Assembly (NCBI GenBank): GCA_002633005.1
Contig: NMRA01000432.1
Span: 1-64,000, forward strand
Length of the DNA: 64,000 nucleotides
Direction of reading: 5' to 3'
From: Phoronis australis
Lineage: Eukaryota > Animalia > Phoronida
The position numbers and the translations under genes are program-made. This document shows, piece after piece, positions 51,820-64,000 of the stretch. The notes beneath the pieces are model-generated. The model ran no database searches. It saw only the letters and a list, made by a program, of their open reading frames with translations, and was not told where the DNA came from. Position 1 is the stretch's first letter. Every line of letters begins with the position of its first letter.

Positions 51820-53333
51820 AGGAGAATGCCACCAAAAAATAACCTATTTTGTATCAATTTAGATCGAGTAGTTCTACTCGATAACGGCACGTTCGGTTGC
51901 ATTATCTGACACCTGACGGCAGACGGAGGTGTTGAAATTATCCAATGACGTCATTGGTTTCACGCGCATTCTGTTCAGCAGTTCAGAACACGGGTTACTG
52001 GTGTCAGCTTATCGCTTGAATTCATCGTTTAACACCAACGAAACATCAAACTTCGATGTAAAACCCTTAAAAACACACCGAGTTCTCATAAAAACGTGAT
52101 GTTTTACTTCGCTGTTACGGACTTATTAGTATTTGTACACACCATAGCCTACAAAGTTCGGCAATTTACCAAGGTCCGTAGCAGGAGCTTGGGGTCTGTT
52201 CAGAGAAAATTTCGAAGTATTCTTCCATGAAATGCAGACAGGAGAACCTACGTCTCTGTTGTTTAGGTTTGTGATTTTTGAGTTCTTAACACACAAAACG
52301 CTTATCCCGGCCAGTGGTTCGGAACCCGATCAGGCCCGTCGGACTGACTCGTTATCCCGGGCAGTGGCTCGGAACCCGATCAGGCCCGTCGCGGCCGCAG
52401 GGACTGGCACGAACATAAACCAACTTGAGTTGAAAACTAAACCTCCAGTCATGAAAAGATTATAATAGTGAGCCAAAGAAATAATGTGCACGTATTTATT
52501 TATGTGAATTAGCCTCGAAACTGAAATCTATTTACTTGTCGGAGGCCGCGAAGTCGGTTCCTCTTCCACAGACCGTCAGGGCAAAGGTTGTACAGTAACT
52601 ATGAATTGAATAATGTATTTGTATTTATAAATAAAGATTCCCTTAACATGCGACCATAGCATATAAAACAGAGTAATTGTTTCACAATACCTTTCTGTCT
52701 GTTTTGGTTAGGATGAGAATAATTCATTTTGAAACAGAAATAATAAACGCCTACATGGCAACTCGCCCGGCGCCAATCCCTACTTAGTCAAGAACTCATC
52801 CGACGAAGACTTCATGGGTCGGATCGTTAGGTTTCACAGGCTATCAGTTCGAACAGGAATACACTTATCAAGAAATACTAGAGAGGCGCCGTGAACATTC
52901 ACAAGCAACGGAACGTATGCATAGTTCTTTGGTAAGGCAGAATTTGTCAGAGAAATCACTGTCGATGAAATGCCAGACACAGACACGAAGATGTTTCATG
53001 GCCTCATACTTGCTATTAATAGCGTACATGTACCTTTCATTCTTCACTACCGCGAGCCACTTCCTAAGCATTTCGGGCTCTCGAGGAAGTCGAAAAAACG
53101 ATATACCCGCTTTCTTCGCAGCTTCATAGTTCGGACAAGAGGTAACGATGCACCTCAATATAGCGGCATTCACTCTGCAGACGAACCACTGACGTCGCTG
53201 CGTCGTTTCTCACCTTCCTCACAGGTTAAAGCGACACCTCTCGGCAAGGCGAGGTCCACCGTATAAGAGGCGATGTGGGAATAGACCGATTAAGACGGTA
53301 AAAAAGACTAATTAAATGGGGTGGCATTCTCCT
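51820..53333 (-). mobile_element. Kolobok non-autonomous DNA transposon with THAP domain
   Basis: TIR AGGAGAATGCCACC/GGTGGCATTCTCCT and TTAA TSD (51816-51819, 53334-53337). The empty site catgTTAAttcg is present in the paralogous host copy at about 35386-35397. Confidence 0.85.
52868..53173 (-). pseudogene. THAP zinc-finger domain (truncated transposase N-terminus)
   Basis: CIVTSCPN...ISFFRLP...RKWL...LRVCVWHFIDSDF is a complete C2CH THAP signature. No catalytic domain follows. Confidence 0.8.
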
Positions 53334-54453
53334 TTAATTCGGTAATCAATCTGCCAGTCCAGGGGATGGGGACCACTATAAAATTAGGAAACGCGTTCAC
53401 CTATAGAGTTTTATTGGATATAGCATGGTTTTGAATAGTAACCGTTGACTTCTGAGCGGCGCGTCCCGTACATGTACTCCTGTTATAGTGGGAGCACTCC
53501 CACACAGAACAATATGTGCTGTAAGCCTACTACCTGGGTACCGGTTGAGTTTCTGAAAACAAACACTTAGTTCAACTGAATAAACCTGTTAATCAGTAGG
53601 GTAACTTGTGGAGATAACATCACTGAACAATGCCGACAGAAACGAATTGCTAAAAACTTACCAAGTAACGTGATTATGCAGTTTCTCAATGGAAATGCAT
53701 AATACATACGCGGAGCGTGAGGCTTCGACAAAACACACTTTTTGTCACTTGGTTGACCCTTTTGACCGCAATTCTCCACGCTTGTAGTAACCTTGGATCT
53801 TTTGAGAATTTGTGACCACTTGTCGAGAATTTGCACTCAGGTAAACAGCAATAATACGGCTTAGCGTAAGGACGTACTTTGATAACAATTCCGTCTTTTT
53901 AACACTTGTTTACAGGCAGTGACGCATGTACAATTCAGTCACCACTAGACAGCCGCAACACCGCGAGGGGAATTCGTCGAATGGCCCCATTGGATCACTT
54001 TACCATATCTTCAGTAAAAGTTGGCAACAATATGCATTGTTATCAAAACGGTTTCATCAATAACGGGAAATTTCGCTCGCTATGCAGTTTGTAAATGTTG
54101 AAGATGAAATCGAAAATAAGCTGTTGCAGTTTTCCAAGTTATCATTTTACATGTACGTTTTATGGAATTTCCGATTTTTTCTCGTAAATCATAGAAATCG
54201 TATGCATAAGTCAAATGTAAAAACATCACCTTGACAGCGTGTTGGAGAACATGGCATAAATCATAGTATTTGATAGTTTCACATGAATAGGCCTAGGATT
54301 AGCCTTTTCTGAAATACGAAGTTACAAATTAAGTTAAATTTGGGCAATTTTTCCAGGGTCCTACATAACCTTAATGGACTAAGCAGCTGTCATTATTAAA
54401 TTTTGTTCCAAGAATTCAAGGACATGTTATAGGAAAACCGACTGGTCTATGTT

Positions 54454-54615
54454 AACAGCAGGGCAGACGCCAGCACACCGGCAACCATTGTCCCTTGAAC
54501 AGCAGGGCAGACGCCAGCACACCGGCAACCATTGTCCCTTGAACAGCAGGACAGACGCCAGCACACCGGCAACCATTGTCCCTCGAACAGCAGGGCAGAC
54601 GCCAGCACACCGGCA
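54454..54615 (+). repeat. 44-bp minisatellite, about 3.7 copies
   Basis: Unit AACAGCAGGGCAGACGCCAGCACACCGGCAACCATTGTCCCTTG. Confidence 0.95.
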
Positions 54616-54899
54616 AGCATTTTCCCTTACTATGACCATGCTCAATATGAAATGAATCGAGCAAAATATAGTCACAGAGTGGCAGGAGAAACCGTGCGTT
54701 CTTGAATCCCCTTGTCAACAGGCATCGGGCTTTTATTCATCACGAGTAACAAGACTAATAGGCTGGATTATTTACAAATTCAGCCGAAATATGAAGTTCA
54801 GGAAATTGTTTTGATTTAGTGTTTTATATGTTATATCAAATTATACGAGATAGCCTCAACTTGTCCACAGCTTGATCCTGGAAGACGTTATGATTTATA

Positions 54900-55195
54900 A
54901 TGACACGGTAATTACAGTTTACGTTAAGCCTCTGGAACAATTACTTTACGTCGTAAAATTATGTGGAAAGTTAACTCTTGTCAGAGGCCTTAAGTTATTA
55001 GTTAGAGGCACAGAATAATTATTTGCGGCGTAAGGTAACTTTTAAGGGCGTAACGTATTAAATTGCGGCGTAAAATAACGTCGCAAGCAATTACTTTACG
55101 CCCCAAATAATTACTTTACGCAGCCAATAAATAATTTAAGCCTCTAAATAATTACTTACGCCTCAACGAAATTATTCTACGACAATTAACTTGCA
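54900..55195. repeat. Short degenerate AATTACTTTACG repeat cluster in both orientations
   Basis: Several aattactttacg and cgtaa(a/g)(g/a)taa motifs; probably subterminal repeats of a MITE. Confidence 0.55.
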
Positions 55196-56222
55196 CCCGT
55201 AGTTTAACGGCGTAGCGTTCACCCATTTGTCCAACGGTAGTATTTCACCTATTGCGCTGTTGTCGTTTTTCAAAGGCGTTAAGGAAGGTTGTCAGTATCC
55301 GGTGATATCAAGTCTTCACAACTTATAGAGATGCCCCAATTGTATATCTAGCTTTCAAACGTATGCTAAATAATTTTTATCCAACCAATACAAAACTAAA
55401 TAAATTAGAAAATAACAAATTTCCCTATGAAAACTTTTAATTGCCATGTCGGGGAAATCACGACTAAATGTTCTTTCAAATAAATTGCTCTCATATCTCT
55501 TGCCACTGTCCTGTATTTGTTGTTGTCAATGATATTTTACCGGCTGTGACAGGGCCGGGGTTTCTTTTTAAAGAGAATTGCCCCGAAAGTGATGTAGTGT
55601 TATCTTACCAACAATGAGGGAAGCAAACGACAAGACAGAAAGCAATTTCATCATTTCACCATTGTCTACCTCGACATCTTAGTCAGTCATCACATTCTGC
55701 ATCAGAAAATGACTATGAGGCATCGCGTATCAAAGAGGCCGGTGACCGTGACAGTGTCGATGACATCTTAATCATAAATGAAGGAGCGATACCCCGCATG
55801 ATGCCCCGCATGATGCCCCGCATGATGCCCGGTCGTCCTCTCCTCCCTACCTCATGCTTCCTATCCTCCCTGCCCGGGGGGTCAATCATATTGACAAGGT
55901 GCCCACAGCCGCGTGCTGAGGCCCTCTATTTCGGATCCCATGTCTGCTAATTCCCATCCCCTTGTGCAGGATAGATTTTCTTGTAGGAGGACGGTCAGTG
56001 TGCCTTTTGTGGGGCTGAAGCCAATGCATTGGTCTTTTGCAGAAATTTATGGGCGTATTGAGCTCTGCACGGATCCCGCAAAACTTAATGAGAAATTACC
56101 GCCTACTCACAAGTTTTGGTACACGACTGCAGGCACCTTGTCAGTATGAGTAACTCCCTACTATCCACTTCTCTCCTACCTCCCTCACTCTCTCTGTCTA
56201 GAGAATACTGACCATTACTCAC

Positions 56223-56537
56223 ATATCATATTGAAACGCAAAAGAACCAGCAATGGGCTTCTCTTTAAAGCTGAGTTGTACGCCGAGCAGGTGGCACCCG
56301 GGACCTCTTTTGAAGCAGTGAACGTTACTTCAATGCTAAAATATTTCAGGCCGTCTTCGATCTCTTCTACTACAGTCCCTGAGCTCAGTGGAACCATACT
56401 TTCCCACTTCATTATGGCGTTGGGGAATACGCTGTCTGTTGAGCATTTCAGCGTGTACGACTTGCCTTCAACAGTCTTAAACTCACTTGTAGCGATTCTA
56501 ACGCCTTTGTGAGTAACCGTTAACGCTGCTGGGCCAT
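56223..56537 (-). CDS. Multi-Ig gene, Ig exon 2
   Basis: tttag|ATGGCCCA to |GTGAGT; 315 nt, phase 1/1. GPAALTVTHKG...YTLKCSTDSVFPNAIMKW...ATCSAYN. Confidence 0.9.
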
Positions 56538-56724
56538 CTAAAACGACATTTATAAGATCTGAGATGATAACGCTGATTAGAACAATGCTGACGATTGACG
56601 TGAATGTCGAAGTTAAAAACATGATAAAACGCCGCAAAATTGACAACTGACGAGATTAACAGGCATGATAAACAATACACGGTGGCACAAACACGAAATG
56701 GAAGACGGCCATTGTCGACACCTG

Positions 56725-57895
56725 CAGCCGATTTCATAAAGGTGGTTTAACAAAACCAGGTTTAAGACTTAAACCTGGTCTTCCTAAACCTGGTCAAATT
56801 TTAGACCTGACTTGCATTTCACCAACATGGTTTAAGAGTCTGAAAGCCTGGTTTTGCTAGACCAGGGAGCTGGTTCAGTAAAACCAGGTTCAAAGTATCA
56901 AAGGCACCCCACTGTGTCGAGCTCGGTAAACCCAACAAAGAAACTATTGAAGTGCTTCAATGAAACCTTGATCACGTGGGTATACAATGGCATACACTAG
57001 TAGAATCAGTGCAGACATTTACGAAAAACATCTAAAAGCTTTTCTCATAAGGAAAACTGTAATTTCTGTGCCCAACACACACACATTAAAGAACATGCTC
57101 CCGATTAGATGTAACATGTTAAATGCCCAAATTATTTCCTTGTCATTTTAAAGTTTCTTTTCCGCGGCCAAAGGGGGGGCAAGACTCCTTCCTGGCAATA
57201 TTATATCGGAGAACAGTGGAGGTGGAACTCAGTCAGAAGAATCAAAATATGCTGTCTTTAGTCAAATCCGTAGCGCTTACGACGATGACGCCCTGCTCGA
57301 CCAGTCGTATTCTGAGAAATCCGCAGGACACACTCCAGCAAGTACTGGTCTACGCATAGGCGGATCCACGGGGTCAAGGGGTCCGGAGTCCCCTTTTTTC
57401 CATTGATTTTAGTGATATCAAATATATAATTTTCAAATTGTTGACTTGGCCCCCTTTCAAAAAGTCCTTGACCATCCCCTCCCCCTTTAAAAAATCCTGA
57501 ATCCGCCCCTGCTACGCTTGATCTTGTGTCATAGTAAAACTGAATATTGAAAATAGTCCATTTTCGCTCTAAAACTGCGTCGCAAATGCACTCCGCGGCA
57601 TCATTCAGTTGTACCTATACCATGCAAGTCTGACATATTTAACAGTTAAACCTGGGTCTGACCAAGTCTAAAGTTAAACATGGTTTAAGATCTTAATACA
57701 GGTCTAAAGAATATAGACCTCGTTGGTGAAATGAAAACTGACTTAGACCAGGTCTAAACTGGAGTTAAACCAGGTTTTACTAGACCACTGGTCTAAAAGT
57801 TAAACCACCTTTATGAAATGCAGATTATCTTTAAACCTGGTCTAAGTCCAGTTTAAACCAGGTTTAACTTTAAACCACCTTTATGAAATCGGCTG
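56725..57895. mobile_element. PIF/Harbinger-type non-autonomous element with a nested small MITE at about 57355-57511
   Basis: TIR CAGCCGATTTCATAAAGGTGGTTTAA, 3-bp TSD CTG, and many subterminal AAACC(A/T)GGT motifs. Confidence 0.8.
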
Positions 57896-58395
57896 CTGTT
57901 GTACCGTACGCTAACGTAAACCTACCATGTACGCCGCCTGAACGACAGAAGAGTAATTTTTAATATCCAGTAGTGTACTCTTTAAACCGCCAACAAACAG
58001 GTGCTAGCTGTCAAAAAGGGCTTGTCCAAAAGTCAAAATATTGTGACATTTGACAGAAATCACGATTGATGTTGTTTTGAAGAGGCCTGGCTTACATTAT
58101 CTAACTTACATTATTCAAAGGAGTTTTTTGCTGCTGAAACTGAATTCAACCTGCTCACAAGGTATTTTAGCTTTAAAACTGAAGGAGTAACATTTTGAAA
58201 ATTATATGACCTTTGCACCAAACGACCTCTTCCGGTGCAGTATGGAATATGATTATATAACAAATCAAAATTTATATACAGTCAAAAGTCATATGCTGAA
58301 TTTAAAGACCGTACCTGCAACCAATTTGGAGTTATTAAGCCTCAAAGTTGGTCGGAAGAAGAATAAGAATAAGAATAAGAAGAATAAGAATAAGA

Positions 58396-59636
58396 ACTAG
58401 AAAGATTATTGTCACGGCGTGACAATAACAGACTCTGCGCGTGTGTATTACTGGAATTATTATGGGAAGTTACCCGTTTACCAATATGAAAAGGAATTCT
58501 TTAAAATTGTAGGAGAAATTACATATTAATTTTTTGATGACCTTTCCACTAATTGACCTCTTCCGGTGCATTATGAGCCCCGATGAGGGAGTAATTGTTA
58601 ACTCGATTAAAAGTGTGGTTAATGCTAATAATCACAGATGTTTTACTTTATGCACTTCAGAATACACGATGAATGAAATGGTCAAACTTTCAGAAGAAAA
58701 ATGCACCTAATGACCCCATGGGTGCACCAAATGACCTGAAAATTTAGAATTCAAACTCAATCGCACTTAGTAAACAGATACGTAATTTTGAAGTCTCTAG
58801 CTCAAAATTTTAGTTTGCACTCAATGACCTTTCACCTATTTTTTCTGATTGGTTAGACCTATTGCAAAGTAAAGTAGGGTATTCAATTGGCATGCTGACT
58901 TACACCAGTGTGCTGAAATTGAAAAGAATTCTTTGAAAAACGTAAGAGATATAACATGTTGAACGTTACATGACCTTTGCACTAATTGACCTTATCCGGT
59001 GCATTTTAAGCATCTTTAGAATTATTGCAAAGCCCATGGAAAATGTGTTTAAGGCTGAGAATCACAGTTGTCAAACGGTTGACACATCAGAATACTTGCT
59101 GATTGAAAAGGTCAAATTTTCAGAAGAAAAATGCACCTAATGACCCCATGTTTGCACTAAATGACCTGAAACTTTGTATTCCGATTTGATTTACCTGTGG
59201 CAATCAGACCTGTCAATTTGAAGTGTCTAGCTCAAAATTTTAGTTTGCACCTAATGACCTTTGACCTATTTCATCTGATTGGATGACACGATTACCTAGA
59301 AAAGTAATTTTTTAAATTTTTATGTTGACTTATACCCGTGCACCAAATTTGAAAAAGATAGCTTTAAAACTGAAGGAGGAGTAGCATTTTGAAAATTATA
59401 TGACCTTTGCACCAAACGACCTCTTCCGGTTCAATATGGAATATGATTATATAACCAATCAAACTTTATATACTGTCAAAAGTCATATGCTGAATTTAAA
59501 GACCGTTCCTGCAACCAATTTGGAGTTATTAAGCCTCAAAGTTGGTCGGAAGAAGAATAAGAATAAGAAGAATAAGAATAAAATTGAAGAAAACCCAGGA
59601 ACAACAGTACTGTGCGCTTACACGCGCAGAGTAACT
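58396..59636. mobile_element. Helentron-associated non-autonomous element (HINE/DINE-1-like)
   Basis: Terminal hairpin TTATTGTCACG-G-CGTGACAATAA, subterminal inverted repeats ACTCTGCGCGTGT (58432-58444) and ACACGCGCAGAGT (59620-59632), internal TGACCT-rich tandem units and an (AAGAAT)n microsatellite. 58170-58395 is a partial neighbouring copy. Confidence 0.7.
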
Positions 59637-60976
59637 AGGAACCGGTAATTTGCCGTATTAAAAACTCAAACATGAACCAAAAACATGAATTTTGAAGAGA
59701 GCTTCAACAGAATGAAAGCAAAAACATTGCTTTCTATTACACTTTAATATTGAGTAAACACACGTTTTCATTCTTATATTAATTTTAAGTGAATCAAACT
59801 ATTTTTCCAAATTTTAATCACACGGAAATTTTATTACGCATCGAGTGTCATTAAAATACGAATGTACTAGTGTTTATGTGGTTCAGACTCGGTAAGTTTT
59901 CCTAATTCTCCGCTTGGGGCGTTAGTTTTTCGACCGATAACCATTGAGGCGAATGGCAAAATGGCGGAGTAGGACCTCCTATTGTAATACACTCCTTGAT
60001 AATATTGTTGTCCTCAAATCGATATCAGTATAGGCAGGGAGATTAACAACTATAATAACAATGAATATGAAAAGGATGACTACTGACACATATATAAAAA
60101 TTAAAAGACACAATTCCTATACCATAACAAGCACACATAAAAACAAAAACACGGAAAGGCATTGAGTAATTAAAATTTGAGTTTGTTGTTATAAATGAAT
60201 AATAAATTAAAGTGGAAATTAAATTTATTAGAAAAATATTCAAATTTAAGATAAGTAGATGCGAACCATGAAGCAAAAATGAAGCACGCTGATTGTTAGG
60301 TAAGCTGTGGTAAATGGAGGTGACATCAATATTTGAATCATGGAAGAGATGGACTCGATCTGTTTGATTGACAGGACATTTAAGGAAAAATAATTAACAG
60401 TATTCAAGGAGCCACTTTTGCAAATATTGATACGTCTACAAAATTATGCTGAAATCTTTGCGAATCAAGGAACAGACTGGCTCGTAATTGTCTAAGAACT
60501 GTTCCTTTGCTTCTGGTGATAGCTGTTGTTTAAGTAGTTCGTGCTGATGTATAAAACTCCGACGACACCCATCTTTTGGCAGAAAGTTTATGCGATTGTA
60601 AACTGTGCAAGGAACAACGTTTTGGAAAGATGCTTACTTCTTTGGCTTGACTCGTGCGTTGAACTGCGCTGCCGACCTCAAATTCGGAGTGCGGACAAAC
60701 ATGATAGTCTGCCGTAATACCCATTAGATCTTGTCATCTGCTTATCGAATGAGTGACTGAGCGCATGCATAAGTGGGGGAAACCCTGCAGTGACTAGTTT
60801 TTCCTTCGCGCCTATTTAAAAAATCGTGAATTTTGTTATTTTTCTGGAATTTTCCTCTAATAAAAAATTCTCTGCTGTAAACGTTGCGAAAAGACACTTT
60901 CGTCCGGAATTAACTACGACATTAATTTCCAACAAATCCGTCATTTTCAATTTAAACTTTTAGTATCAGTACTCAC

Positions 60977-61294
60977 ATATAAGCTCCAACGTAACAAAAG
61001 CTTGGGCTTTAAATTCAGGGTGTTCCTTGTTTTCGCCAAGGCACGTAAATTCCCGGTCTTCTTTTCTTCCTGCCTTGAAATTCAGTTCCCTGCTGTATAT
61101 CTTGCCCATATTTGGACCGTCGACGGAGGTGGTTGTCTCCTGGTCTGACCGCCCTTTCCAAGTTAAAACTATCCCAGGATAAACATTATCAGCGGAACAT
61201 ATTAGTCTGACAGACTGGTGCTCAGCGACTTTTATTTTAGTTCCGCTGCTTAGATCCCCTTTACCATCGGATATACTTACTTTTGTCGGGCCAA
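60977..61294 (-). CDS. Multi-Ig gene, Ig exon 1 in window (C2-type Ig domain); not in ORF track
   Basis: Acceptor tttag|TTGGCCCG and donor ATAT|GTGAGT; 318 nt, phase 1/1, no stop. Translation: GPTKVSISDGKGDLSSGTKIKVAEHQSVRLICSADNVYPGIVLTWKG...EFTCLGENKEHPEFKAQAFVTLELI, with the Ig pattern Cys-B, Trp-C, Cys-F. Confidence 0.9.
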
Positions 61295-62949
61295 CTAAAC
61301 GAAAAAGAAGAGTAGATTTCTACTATTCCGTAAACAAGTCATGTGAAAATAAAACATTCCTCCAAAATAGCGCATTGTGGTTTAATCATCATCTACATTA
61401 TGCCTTCGCCTCTGGTGGGAAGTACTTGCAAATGACAAAATAAGTTTTGTGTGAAAGCGCTAACACTGAAGATTTAGAGCACTTTCAAAATGTGTTGTTT
61501 AAATACATTAAGATACTATTCGGTTTAAGGATCCTTATGAATCCTTGAAACCCAATCTTAGCCACCTCATAATGGTATATTATGTAATGAAAATGTACCG
61601 ATACACACGACAGTCAATTTCAGAAAATCTGGTGGCTGAAGGCTAAACATCGAATGAGCGTTTTCGTTTTCCCATTGTTCAAAGTCTGAACATGAATTTA
61701 AAAGGAAACTAAACTTCTTATTTCAAAATCGCTGAAATTACCCGTGTTTTCATAGATGTATTTGAAATGTCGGACCCGAGTTTACGAACAAAACGGATAA
61801 AATTCAAATTAAACCTAATTTTTCGTATTTGTTATTATTATGATTGCTATGATCCTTGATCTGAAACCTGTTTTATAAAAGCTGATTTAGAAAAATTCTC
61901 TAAGTTTGATGACCGGAACTAGGGCTAAGTTAAGACCGGAAAACAAAATTCAGAAAAGCATGTTTCCTGAACCCAAAGTTGCACTTTGGTCTTCGGTCTT
62001 AACTTAGACAAAAATTATTCGTGAGCGTACAAATTACGCTTGCAAATTCACAAAAGTAAGGGAGGCGGTGTATGAAATACGGCTTCAAGAATAGTCTAAG
62101 TCTTGGAGTTCTAGAGGGGGGTAGCATTCAGGATACAACTAGGGCCTCGTTTGCTTGAAAAGACCTTGGTATGGGGGAAAATATCATTTCACACGTGCAG
62201 ATAAGTTGCACTGCATCTTCTCTTTGACCTTTTGTCAGTTCTCGAAACGTGAACAGGATAACTTTAATTTGACATTGTTTAGGGACATAAGTTTGTATAA
62301 AATATATTAACGAAATGTGTTCCTTAAGAGGTCATAGTCTTAACTTTGGTCTCACATGTAGCTTAGACAGATTTTGATCTTAATTGTGGTCTTCAGAAAT
62401 TTCATAAAACGGGGGCTACCTTTGCCCGATTCCGGTCTAGGTTAAAACAAGAAAGGTTCACGAAACGTGCCTCAGGAAACAAAAAATCCCAAAGCTGCGT
62501 GTATTTTTTTTTTGTAAATCGCGGAAAATTCAATCGGTCATTAATGTAAAAGACAGTAATTTCATGGCCATGTATAAGTGACAAAAACCGAAAAGATTTG
62601 AAGTTTAGTTTTATCGGTATTTGCCAAACTGGGGACCAGCAACTTTAAGGTGATTTTTTAGAAAATTTTGATGCACGTATTCGCAAAGCTGCCAATCCGA
62701 CGCTGCTGAAACAGTTTCTCAACAAACCATAACACCGGAATCCAGCGCTGGTAATATACAAAATTCCGACACGATATTTTCAAAACAAGTTTGGTACTTA
62801 AAAACTAGATGTGTGGCTGATTTTAAATTTTCATTCTTGAAATTCGTTTTTCAATTCAATCAACTACAAGTGACATGAAAGCTTACAAGGTGCCTCTATC
62901 GTGAAGTCGGTGTCCAGCCATGATTTCGACCTCCAAAACACTATTAAGT

Positions 62950-63490
62950 ACAGTGCTTGATTTGGCGACCTGTAGCATGCCAGAGCGACTTTAGACGGTG
63001 TCCGACGACCTGGCAAAAATCCCAAGTAACCACGAAGTCGCCACAGCGAGAATCAAAGTTAAGACACTAATTCACCCGAAATTCGTTTCAAAATTTGTGG
63101 TGACTTCCAAAGTTTGAATTAAATAACATTTTTCCGGATTCGCTATCTTTGGCTCACAATTGTTCTGTTTATTTTGTGAAATCTCAGCATTTGGCACCCT
63201 CACCACTCAGCACATATCAAATGCGCTTAAATTACAACAGGATGTAAGAAGACAGAAGTCGGAATTGTTCGGGAACAAGTCGGCCAATGTCGGAACATGA
63301 AATGCGCGCCTCCAGCATATATCCGCCCGTCTGCGTTCTCTGTTGGTAATAGGAGTTGACTTAGAGAGTAAATGGTGCTAATTTACGGGAAAATAGAAGA
63401 GGCATGCGTAATAATCCTGAGAACGGCCGGACGTTTTTTTTATTTTGTGACCTGGGATTTTTTGCCAAGCCGCATTGGACGAGCTGGCCT
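62950..63490 (+). mobile_element. Dispersed repeat homologous to about 11725-12050 and 12950-13070 (host of the Kolobok at 12066)
   Basis: Shared blocks gatttggcgacctg, gtcgcca..gcgag.atcaaagt, gacttccaaa.tttgaat, aagtcggaattgttcg, cgtctgcgttct and ctgggattt. Confidence 0.6.
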
Positions 63491-64000
63491 AAGCTAAACG
63501 TAGAGCACTGAAGTAATTTGACAAACCGTTTTGGATCGGCGACTTTTGTAACATGTCCGAAAACTAATCGGAATACGACCTTTCAAAAACCTCAAATGAA
63601 ACCGAATATACATCTGAACGTATTTTCGGAAAGGGAAGCGTATTTTCGGAAACTGTGGCAAGCAATTTATGGTGCAGTTTAAAGCAAATTTTACGTCTTT
63701 TTTATGCAGTTGTTGAATTTCACTAGTAAGAATTTTGCTCATCCACTCTAATTTCGCATTCAACGAATACGGTGCTTTCAACTGTCCTCCACACTGTTCT
63801 AACACGGCTTGTTACAAATAAAGTCACCCGGTATATCATTAAATGATAGTCGTTTGAGTGAAATCGTGGTTCCAAACTATTATGTCTTTCCAAAATAAAC
63901 AAAATTGTACAACAAACAATATTTCCATAAAACGTCCATGGCCTTCTTTACGGTAACAGTATGTTTTGAAAACCTGATGGATTATTCTGAAATGCGTACA

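Larger units (their letters stand above)
48898..53988. mobile_element. ISL2EU-like DNA transposon, copy 2, host of a Kolobok insertion
   Basis: The same TIR (GGGGCTATTCGG...CGAATGGCCCC) flanked by AT. Carries a decayed YqaJ exonuclease, a known ISL2EU second protein. Confidence 0.72.

Noticed and set aside
56538-56646. Hydrophobic N-terminus of ORF 56215-56646 as a signal peptide or TM segment
   Set aside because: It lies upstream of a canonical acceptor at the same position as in all other exons and begins at a non-ATG codon, so it is most simply intron read-through. An alternative start cannot be fully excluded.

Overview
This is eukaryotic, AT-rich genomic DNA, most likely from an invertebrate animal; it is not prokaryotic. 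Its backbone is one large minus-strand gene with 12 intact, symmetric phase-1/phase-1 exons (300-327 nt, all GT-AG, about 1255 codons in total). Each exon encodes one C2-type (CD80/nephrin/CADM-like) immunoglobulin domain that starts with a Y/F-G-P linker. One exon (60977-61294) is absent from the supplied ORF track. The array contains an internal duplication of a three-exon cassette. No signal-peptide or transmembrane exon is visible, so the gene probably extends past the right edge, and its 3' end is uncertain. The introns are packed with nested transposons: an L1/Tx1 LINE; a Penelope-like element with an inverted 3' duplication carrying two minimal hammerhead ribozymes with a variant core; Kolobok elements (TTAA, THAP, and a KolX/P2X7-ballast-like remnant); two ISL2EU-like copies that give each other's empty insertion sites; a deleted Copia with LTRs and TSD; Gypsy, Academ, Polinton and Sola-like remnants; Harbinger and hAT MITEs; a Helentron-type HINE; and a hairpin repeat carrying a tRNA-like Pol III module. 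All assignments come from reading motifs by hand, with no database searches.
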